Shown: positions 13,286 through 23,308 of the stretch, piece after piece
Layout of the letters: each line of letters begins with the position of its first letter
How positions within the stretch are numbered: position 1 is the first letter of the stretch
From: Lytechinus pictus
Taxonomy: Eukaryota
NCBI RefSeq assembly: GCF_037042905.1
Contig: NC_087252.1
Location: 13,332,001-13,396,000 of the forward strand
Reading direction: 5' to 3'
DNA length: 64,000 nt
Program-made: the position numbers and the translations under genes
Notes under the pieces: generated by a model
The model's database searches: none
What the model was told of the DNA's origin: nothing
What the model saw: the letters and a program-made list of their open reading frames with translations, nothing else

Positions 13286-13428
13286 CTGGAGAGGGTTTCA
13301 TGACAAAAAATTTGCAGTGATTTTCTCCGACTAGTTTGTCTTCAGCCAATCAGACGCAAGGATTTCGGTAGCTTATAACAGTTGTCAATGAAAATCCCTG
13401 ACTATGTGTTATGTGTAATTCTCCCCAG
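13286..13428. mobile_element. ~140-bp MITE with central AGCCAATCAGA(T/C)GCAAGGATTT
   Basis: Same family as 18905-19013 (reverse), 32333-32473, ~32700-32808 and ~36095-36220. Confidence 0.7.
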
Positions 13429-14194
13429 ATGTAGAAGCCTGAAGTAGCAGATACACCCCTTCCTACAGCTGTTTCCATCATTCACAAGAAGTAAATGTGA
13501 TATTTTACAAATAGTACAACTCTTGCTATGAAGTATCCCGAAAACTATCCTGCACTTGTAAAATCAAGTGGCATTTGATTTTTTAAATCCAAAACATGGT
13601 TTAGGATGGCAGTCTGAAAAATCATGAACACAGATACACATTAGGGCATGTGCTCATCTGATAATGTCACATTTATAACATGCCTAATATTTTGCTTCTA
13701 GGTGTACTAAATTGGTGGCTATGATTTGGCTTTTCCGTTTTTTTTCACCGGAAAAATCCGCATTCAATCTCATTTATGAAAAGATTTTCAAATAATGCAA
13801 ATTATTATTGAATCAATGTAATTTTTAATTGACATGTCCACACTATCCTGAACCACACCGAGACCGGATTATTTGAGGGCGAAAGGGTTTAATAACAAGT
13901 CATCAGCAACCTACAAACCTCCTGACCTCAATTCACCTGCTACAGACCCTGCTTCCGTGAATTTCCCCTTCTCAGATACCATACACATACAGCCATTTCC
14001 AACACTTAGATCCCCCAATTAAGGTCACATCAAATCCACTCTGGCTTAAAACAAAAGCGGGATCTGGGTTAAAGACAGGAATGGGCTGGCGTCATGGCAG
14101 AACAGACCCACCCTCCCACTCCACTCCCCCGGCCCCCTGATCATCCTGAAAACCTCTCCCTTCGACTTGAGGCGGTGGTGCACCAGTCCGAGTT

Positions 14195-14530
14195 TGCTCA
14201 ATCTTGAGATTTTAGCCCGATCGGCCCTCTTAGCGATTAATCTCGAGATTCAAGAAACCCCATCTCCACCATCGCAAGAAGAGCGATTCCTGCTCGAGCA
14301 AGGCATCGATGCATTATGGTCTGACGCCGTGAATAAATAATTCCGAGTGCGTCTGCACCTGCGAATTAGCGGGATAATTTGTGAAATAGCGCGCTATTTT
14401 GCAGATAATCCAAGTTGACTTGGGATTGTAATCTTGAGATTAATCCAGCGAACTAGCGTGATACTTGCATCTCCATTACAAATAATCATGAGTTCAGATC
14501 GAGATAATTTGTCGGATCAGAAATATCGCG
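14195..14530. promoter_or_regulatory. Candidate enhancer with clustered TAATCC/TAATCT sites and three AATCT(T/C)GAGATT palindromes
   Basis: Palindromes at 14200-14211, 14239-14250 and 14430-14441; TAATCC at 14406 and 14441; TAATCT at 14238 and 14429; CpG-retaining and not repeated elsewhere in the window. Confidence 0.45.
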
Positions 14531-17069
14531 CTAATTTGAAAACGCGGGCTGGTGCAGACGGCCCTTTGGAGTTCCCTCCTTTTCAAAGGGTATCATTGTC
14601 AAGGACCCAGGGAGGGGGGGGTGGTTGCCCCTAGCAAAAAAAGAAAAAAAAAGTTCAGACCTAGGAGTTCCTTCACACTGCTCTTCAGACAACAAGACAG
14701 ATTAAAAGGTACAAATATGTCCAATATGGCGCAAAAAAGGGACACAATTATGTTCCCTCTCCCTCCAAACTAAAAAAATAGTTTGACATGAAATTTATTC
14801 CAGTTTTCATGCTTCAAATAATGTGAATGGATATGAAGGAGAAATTAGATGAGGGTGAGAAAAATGAAGGAAAAAGATAGAAAAATGAAGGAAAAAGATA
14901 GAAAATTGAGGGGTAGACAGAACAAAAGAATGAGACTAATCAAGATGGAAGGAGAGAGAGAGAGAAAGAGAGACAGACAGACAGAAGGGGTAAAGAAGGG
15001 TGAGTCTGATCAGGGAGTTCCCTGGTTTAATCATGTGTGAACACATTATTGACAACTCATTCTATATTTAGTATTCTTCTTCCCTCTTTTCCTTGAGTTT
15101 CTCATCTCCAAGTTAATGAGAGCAATCATGATTTCTACAAATGTATGACAAATCCATCAACATTCCATTTTTTCGCCCCCAGGAATAAACATAACAACCG
15201 ATCATCAATACAAACAATGACTTGCATATTCTTGCAGGTTCTATAAACAAGAGAGCAGAAAATTTTCAATATAGCTTTTGACATTTTACGAGAGACGAAA
15301 AACTGAAAAGTCATTCAGTTGAAAGTGCTTGGCAACAAACTGGATCACGAACCTGGTTACCAAACTGAAAATAAAACCCTATTCCACAATGTATGAAAAA
15401 TTCTAGCGAAAAGGGTTATTTTTGTACTTTAAGCCCCATTTTAGAATAAACAAGTTTTATTTCAGTCCTATAACGCCAGAATAGGTCTACATTTATAACA
15501 ATGCATAAATTATATTTAGGGTGTATTGATGTTGTATCAAAATCGAAATCAAATCAAATCAAAATCGAAATCAAATAATACATATATGTTCTCTTTCATA
15601 AACATTGTAACATATTATTTCAATATGGGAGAAAAAATATTTTGTTTTCATTCACTTTCAGAATAACATCAGTTTTACATGAAATATTGAATATTATATT
15701 TGGTATTCACTTTCAGGGAAAAATATATTATTCTTCAGAAATATACTCACTGTATTTAGTACTGAAATATCAACTATTCGGTATTAAATATAAGAATTGA
15801 ATAATCAGCCATTAAAAGTGTACCAATTTGATCATTGAAATATGTAATATGAATAGTCAGGTAATTCATTTTTTTTTTAAATTCATTTTCAGATTTACAT
15901 TGTCAGTCTTAAAAGGTTTACCTATTCAATCAATATAAAATGTTTTTTTTTTAACATCCCTCTTTATTAGACATCGATCAGAATGACGTTAATTTATGCA
16001 CATGACTTTGTCTCAAAATGAAAAAATGCCAATCAATGACTCAGAGCTGTTACAACCAGGGGGGAACTAATGTTCAGACCCATGCACACATTCTAGCGTT
16101 TGCGTCACTGGCCGACGCAACTCCAGAAAATAAACATAGGCTCAAGGAAAGTGAGGGGGAAATTGGGTTGGAAACGGGCAAACGCGTCACCTGAACATCA
16201 CAGACAAGCAGGCGCTGATCTATAGCGTGGGTGCAAAGAGGGTTCTTTTTTATTTTGTTTATTTTTCTTCTCTTTTTCTTCTGCTTGTCAAGAAAATAGT
16301 AGGAAAGTGTTCCCATCGAGGGGAGGTAATCAAACTTCTGAAATCTTTTACCATATTTTTGTAAAACCGTTATATCTTTTTTGTACTTTCAATTTCTATA
16401 ATTCTATCAAACAATTCATTGGTGGTATATATTGTTCCAATGCATATATTTTATATAGTCACGTTGAGGATGCTTATTCAGTTTGTTGAATAGTTTCCTT
16501 GCACCTGTGGGAATTCTTTCCTTTTTTTTCTTGTATTGTTCACAGCATATGGAAAGGGAAGTGACATGATATATCTCTAAACCAATAGGCAATTTGCATT
16601 GTTTGATCGCGAAACCGACCACTGATAAAATCGTAATGAAGAAGAATAATCTAACGGCTGATGAAACTGGGCGGATAATACAGTACTGATGAATACCAAA
16701 AAAACAAGCAGGTCGAAGTTGAACTTGGACAAAATAATGGGGACCGAAAAAATCTGACGAGTCGGCAGGTTGAAATTCACGCACATCCTCCGAGATCTAA
16801 TTAGACTCCATATCGTCTATCATATCTCATTCATGAAAGATATCATCAGCCAGGATCTGACTGATCATGTAATGACCTGGGATATTCCATTCTTATGGCG
16901 GGGGCAGACGGGTCAATAGTTCATGAGAAATCAAAAGTGACACTCAAGAGTCAAAGCCAATATATTTGAGAAATTGATCTACTTTATTGATAGGGATAAC
17001 TATGACAATTAAAATATTAAGTTATTTTAATATTCATTTATATTTTTAAATCTCTTTTTTTTATATTAA

Positions 17070-18129
17070 AGAACAAGTCCACCCCAACAAAAAGTTGATT
17101 CGAATAAAAAGAAAAAAATCCAACAAGCATAACACTGAAAATTTCATCAAAATCAGATGTAAAATAAGAAAGTTATATTTTAAAGTTTCACTTAATTTCA
17201 CAAAACAGTTATATTCACATCCTTGTCGGTATGCAAATGAGGAGACTGATGACATCACTCACTCACTATTTCTTTTGTATTCTATTATGTGAAATATGAA
17301 ATATTCCAATTTTTTCCCTATTGTCGTGTGAAACAACTATTAATTCCTCCCTGAACATGTGCAATTAGCATTGTTTAATACTATATGGTTCAATCAAGTT
17401 GGTCCTTATTGTCAAATCTGTAAAAAATAAAATATTGTATAATTCAAACAATAAAAACAAAAGAAATAGTGAGTGAAGGACATCATCGACTGTCTCAATT
17501 GCATGTCACTGAGTTGTGCATATGGGCTATTCCACGGTTACTCACGTTACATTTGGAGACACCTTGACTCATACTTGGAGCTGTAACTCCATTATTATTG
17601 ATAGGAACTAAACATCTCTTTATCACAACACAGTACGCAGTTTGACTATCCTTTGTATAAAAACAAAACTTGGGAAATTTCATTATGCTCCTGGCAAATT
17701 TTTGAAATGTGTCGGTTACTCATGTTACATGATTTGGACATGCATAAAATGAAAAGTGGACATAAGTGAAAAGTGTCCCCATGCAAGGCTTTTATGAAAG
17801 TTGATTATATCCATTTCAAAGAAGTATATTAGGGAGACAAATTTGTATATAATTAAAAAAATAAAGAACACATTTTTTTTACTAGGGGTGCAGATAAAGT
17901 GGTTACTCACGTTACGGTTCAGATGGGCTATATGTACAAAGACACATTGAGCTCATGTCCACCAACCTATGGAATTGCCCATATCACTGTTTTGTGAAAA
18001 ATAAGCGAACATTTTAAATGTCATAACTTTCTTATTTTACATCCGATTTTGATGAAATTTTCAGCATAATGCTTCCTTGATTTTTCTCTATTTATTCAAA
18101 TCAACATTTTTCTGGGGTGGACTTGACCT
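17070..18129. mobile_element. TTAA-target (Kolobok-like) MITE with a nested insertion
   Basis: TTAA|AGAACAAGTCCACCCCA ... TGGGGTGGACTTGACCT|TTAA; same family as 38691-39293 in opposite orientation. Confidence 0.9.
17524..17980. mobile_element. MITE with 4-bp ATAT TSD (Sola-like), nested in 17070-18129
   Basis: ATAT|GGGCTATTCCA ... TGGAATTGCCC|ATAT; the empty site GTGCATATAACTG is seen in the 39.1-kb sister copy. Confidence 0.85.
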
Positions 18130-18308
18130 TTAAATATTAAATATTGAATATTACATACTAAGTATTGATAGATAATCTCACCCCCCCCCCCTCATCCAAA
18201 GGGGGGGGGGGCACAAATGCAATAGTTGTGATTTGTAAAAATAAATAAATAAAAAAGGTGGAGATTACATGAATAGTGATCCAAGTTTAAAAAAATATAT
18301 TTACCAAA

Positions 18309-18440
18309 GCAGGGCCTGTTGCATAAAAATTACCATTATGGTAACTTTGCCATCCAATGGTAACTTGTATGGAATCCTTGGTTTTGATAACACTTCCCTG
18401 GTGTTACCATGGTAGTTGCCATTGGATGGCAATGTTACCA
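18309..18440. mobile_element. Truncated GGGCC(T/C)GTTGCATAAA MITE
   Basis: Left end CAGGGCCTGTTGCATAAAAATTACC; internal inverted TTGCCATCCAATGG/CCATTGGATGGCAA. Confidence 0.6.
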
Positions 18441-18783
18441 TAATGAGGGGGACAGTGAGGAAGAAAACAAAAGAAAAAGAGAAAGAGAGAGTGTGAGAGG
18501 AACAGAGACGGCTGAGAGATAAAGATAACAACAGAGAGAGTATAACAGAGACAGACAAAGAGAGAGACAGACGGACAGAAAATGGAAAATGAAACACAAT
18601 AGACAGCGCTATATCAGGCAAGGCCAGACCAGACCAGGCCAAGGAAGGCCATCCTAGACCATGCAGGCCCAGCCATGGTCGGGATATGATACACTAGCTG
18701 GTGGCAGGGGCCAGGGAAGTCTGGTCTGAAACCAACTCCGGGTTTCCCCTTGACTAACCGTTACTCAACGACAACGAGGCATC

Positions 18784-18797
18784 GTTACCAAGACAAC
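18784..18797. promoter_or_regulatory. RFX X-box-like motif GTTACCAAGACAAC
   Basis: Close match to the X-box (GTTNCC-NN-GNNAAC) in non-repetitive sequence. Confidence 0.35.
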
Positions 18798-18904
18798 AGA
18801 GATCGTTTTCCTCCCAGAACACCCTCAGCAAACATCCTCCTCATTATTCTACGCGCTGAGATGATTTTACAGTGTTCATGCTTAGATAAAGCCGGCTATT
18901 CTGT

Positions 18905-19013
18905 AATCATCACTGATAAATGTTGTAAGCTACTGAAATCCTTGGATCTGATTGGCAGAGAGCAAACTAGTCAGTGAAAATCATTGACAAAATGCTTCAT
19001 GAAACTGTCCCAG
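18905..19013. mobile_element. Partial reverse copy of the CCAATCAG-centred MITE
   Basis: AAGCTACTGAAATCCTTGGATCTGATTGGC is the reverse complement of the family core; ends TTCATGAAACTGTCCCAG. Confidence 0.65.
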
Positions 19014-19670
19014 GGGTTGGGGTGGAAACTGGAAATGAGTGTATGTGGCATTCAAGCATCATCAGCAAATTCGTATTCATTAGTCAACATCCAGTGGCTG
19101 GGGAACACTTGGGAATACACACATAGCCACACACATAGTATGACCACGATGTAACTTATAAACTTGTATAAAATAAATCTTACGGCATATACTAATACTT
19201 GTGAAAGTTTCATGCTTTAGTCATAATTTGCACAATTGTTTGGCTTATCCGCTCTACTATTACCAGTATTCTACAATAAGAAAATCAAAGACATTTCATC
19301 TCATTTGGTAATTCATCATGGCTTACAGAATTTTGTTCAATTGAAGGAGCTATAGTAGTTGGAGACAAGGACGATGAGAGGCATTTTCCATTTGATTATT
19401 ACATCAACTTGAGTTAATTAATTATTTAGACCTAATGGCAATTCAACCACACAATTATGAATGTATGGCATCCAACATTTTATTGTGAGCTCTACTAACC
19501 TATCGATAAAATCACTGCCATCCTAGAGGCTAATGCCGATTAGAATTTGGAGAGCCTGTGGGCAATACTTCCTGACATTAAAATGACAATTGTTAAATTG
19601 ACAGGTAAATATTGCGACATTTGATAGTAGACCAAGTGGGCTTAGTCACAACCATGTTCGAAAATCAGTT

Positions 19671-19883
19671 CCATGACATAAGCTCCAGCCACAATTTTTT
19701 TGCAGTAAATTCCATTCACTAAAGGAATTACCAATTTTAACCCTTGATTTAACGCTATGCCCTATCCTAAACAAACCTAACACTAAACCTAACATAAAAC
19801 CCTATTGCAATCCTAACCCTAACCCTATATCTTAGACGAAATAAAGCCAGTAGCAATTGTCGGCGGGGCAAATGTGTCACATG
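19671..19883. mobile_element. Short inverted-end element with internal CCCTAA/CCTAA repeats
   Basis: CCATGACATAAGCTCCAGCCACAATT and AATTGTCGGCGGGGCAAATGTGTCACATGG form an imperfect inverted pair around CCTAAACAAACCTAACACTAAACCTAAC...CCTAACCCTAACCCTA. Confidence 0.55.
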
Positions 19884-21905
19884 GAAAATCAGAGAAATGA
19901 TATCAGACCAAATGACTATATAGACAATCCATTTGGCAGTAGAACAGATTTGATTCATGTTACAAGATTATCTAATCAGTTACCGACACACCCCCTCCCC
20001 CCTGCCCGTGGCATCATACAATAGGGGTGAGTAATAAATGGGTACGGAAACACCGAGCAATGACCTTTCATCAATGTCCTGTCAACGCTAGAGGGACCTT
20101 AGCCTCCCACCTTTCTCTAATGAATGAGTAACATGTGTACAAGTAAACATCCAAGAAACTTGGCACTTGTAATGACCGCCACCTGACCTCTAGTGGAAAG
20201 AAATTTTGAGCATATTCATTATTTTGAATTTTTTAAAACATGATTTGAGATGTCTATATGAAGCTTTCTATATAATGTAATATAGATTTCAGATGAATTG
20301 TGTTTTATTAAATAATTTTTATATAAATCTACACTCATTTGAAACTAGTACCACTATAATTATCCACTGATCAGCAATCGTAGAAAGAAGTCAGCCCGTT
20401 TCCCCACCCCTAATTCCCCATAAACATATTTCATGCCCATTATATAAGAGCCAAATCTTCCCTTTTCTCCCCCCCCCTCTCTCTCTCTCCCTCCCCCTCC
20501 CTCTATTCTATCTTCCTTCCGATCCCCTCCCTCTCCTCTCGCTTTGCCTCTTATTCATATGTCTCTTTCTCCCTCCCTCCCCTCTTGTAAATATAGATTC
20601 ACCAAACATACCAATTATCATAATTACCCTGTCTTGCAATGAATCATATTTGTAATAAAAAACAAAGCAACACAGAATCATTTCATATTTTCCTGATCAA
20701 CTAATCAATGGCGGCGAGAAGTTAAAAGATAAACCCATGAATAATAAATAAGAATGAAATTGTTTCGCTACTAAGTGCTCCATGGTAGCAGGTACATCAG
20801 TACATACATGTATGCTTCTGAGAGCCTAAAGTACATTGACATACATCAGAAAAGCTGGTTTACGATAAAGTTGTCAATACCCTCACATGTGACCAATTAC
20901 AGAAATATCAGTCGCAAGTCCACACAGGAAGAAAGAGTCTTATAAATAACTGCATGTATATATAGAAAACCAAGTGAAATATGATGGATATTTTTATAAT
21001 CTAAAGAATCAAGATTTTTTTTTTCTATAGAATTCAAATAGTTTCAGACTGGCTAACACAATGCTGTTCCAAATATTCAACTTTAAAAAGCCATTTTCTC
21101 TAAAATGATGATTACGGACTTGTGTCTATTTTTAATGAATGGGTCCCATCTATTCAGACAGGTGTATTCAAGACAGGTAATCTAACTCATGTGTGTGTGT
21201 TCCAAGGTTATTTGGTGATAATTTTACCCTATTTATAATTCAAGATACACATGTTTGAAAAACAAGTGTGTCCTTGGTTGACAGATAGTGAACTTGCTTT
21301 TGCCAGAGGCTGAGGCTTCTATAAATTCATACATGTCAGAGGAATTCAATAACGATATTTTAAAAGGCCCTTCCCTCCACAGCTATGTACTTGTAGCACC
21401 AATATACTGCCAGAATTGTGCTTTTTCATACTTAAACAAGTCTTATTCATAATATATTTCTGGGTGGCATCAGTAAACATTTCAATGCACACTGGTTTGA
21501 CAATTTGATTTCAGACATGAAAATATTTCCATCCTTTGTTCATATAAGTCATCAAGTACAAAATCATTGGTGATACAGGAATTCTATCATTCTTATGGCA
21601 TTTCAGAAATTGCTATAAAGAGCTTTTAAATCTATTTATCCTCTACATTTTTCGCACCTCTATGTTTAGGAGAAGAGGGTGCAGCTAAGTAACTAATAAC
21701 TGATACCAAAATAAAAGGTATGTTGGTGAAAAGCTAATAGAAAATTTCTCTATAGAAAAATACTGATATTTTAGTCAATATGGGATAGTATTTTGAGCAC
21801 TATGCTAGATATTTTCAAGAGATTTTATTTTGAAATTCTACTTTATTTTATAAAAGTAGCGCTACAGCACACATTCAACAAAGTAAAAGTTCAATAAATT
21901 CACAA

Positions 21906-22160
21906 CCTTGCTGGAAAGTTCAAGAAGACACACAGTGTGTTTGTTCTCTGTGGATACTGGAGAGTGTTACACATCACATATGTGAGCATACACATATATG
22001 TTCACATAGAGGGCTATGATCAGACGTGAATCACAATGCTCAAATTTAACAAACTTTACACTGGACATCTCCACAGTGTTTGTGTGTTCATAGTGTGGTC
22101 ACATATATATATTAGACTCTGTTGGACACACTGTGGAACACTTTGTGCTTTCAAGCAGGG
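21906..22160. mobile_element. CCC-terminal MITE, CACAGTGTG-rich
   Basis: CCTTGCTGGAAAGTTCAA versus TTGTGCTTTCAAGCAGGG (14/18 inverted match). Confidence 0.5.
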
Positions 22161-22430
22161 TAAGTAGCCCAATCTATTGGCTTCTTTTTCTCTCCATAGT
22201 CCACTATGCAAAGACACTATGAACACTATAGCAAGGTTTCCAGTGTGAAATTATGTTCACACTGGAAACCTTGCTATACTGTTCACACTGTATGAGAATT
22301 TTCAGTGTCAATCACATTTTCCCATACATTAGGTCCACTATGTGACACTCACATGGTACAGCTAGGTGTCCACAGTTTGAGACCATCTTCACACTTTAAA
22401 TGTGAGCTGTCTAATAGTGTCAATCACACA

Positions 22431-22972
22431 CTGTGAACACTCGCACTGTAGAATCCAGTTTGAACTTATCTTCACACTGTAAATTTAAGCATTTTAAAAG
22501 TGTGGTTCACATCTTCACATAGTCCTCAGTGTGAACACACTGTGAACACTAACACTGTAGAGGTGTCCACAGTGTGAAATCATATCTTCACACTATGCGT
22601 ACACCCTGTGAACACTAACACGGCAGAGGTGTCCACAGTGTGAAATCACATCTTCTCAGACCCCACACAATGTGTACACCCTGTGAACACTAACACGGCA
22701 TAGGTGTCCACAGTGTGAAATCACATCTTCTTAGACTCCACACAATGTGTACATCCTGTGAACACTAACACTGTAGAGGTGTCCACAGTGTGAAATCACA
22801 TCTACACATAGTCAACACTATGTGAACACACTGTGAACACTAACACTGTACAGGTGTCCACAGTGTGAATCACATCTTCACAGAGTCTATGTGAACACAA
22901 TGTAAACACTAACACTGCAGGTGTCCACAGTGCAAATATAACTGTCGCAGAGTCCACGCTATGTGAACACAC
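22431..22972. repeat. Minisatellite, ~75-bp unit, about 6-7 copies
   Basis: CTGTGAACACTAACAC...GGTGTCCACAGTGTGAAATCACATCT recurs at 22540, 22606, 22681, 22756, 22831 and 22900, with a degenerate copy at 22431. Confidence 0.9.
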
Positions 22973-23005
22973 TCTGCCCAATCAATCAGGGAACTTATGC
23001 TCAGG

Positions 23006-23308
23006 GAAGCTGTGGAAAGTTACCTGGAAGACAGACAATACAATATCTTGGCAGTGACTTCAACAACCAAGGAAAGTGAAAAGCATCTTATCGATGAAAT
23101 CCAGAAACTAGAACCCAATTCGTAGGGAAGTTCATCCGAGCTGAACCTTGAATACAAACGAATTGCTCGTCACACTCAAGAACAACTACTACAACATGAC
23201 AACATAAAGGAGATACCTTGCAATACCACAATGGCAGGAAGAACATTGTTTCATACAGATTTTGGCACGAGAAATGTAACTCGTGAAACAGGTGTTTATC
23301 AATGTTAA
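23006..23308 (+). pseudogene. Possible decayed coding fragment of unknown family
   Basis: 100 codons with a single internal TAG (23123): EAVESYLEDRQYNILAVTSTTKESEKHLIDEIQKLEPNS*GSSSELNLEYKRIARHTQEQLLQHDNIKEIPCN...; composition looks protein-like; no family recognised. Confidence 0.3.
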
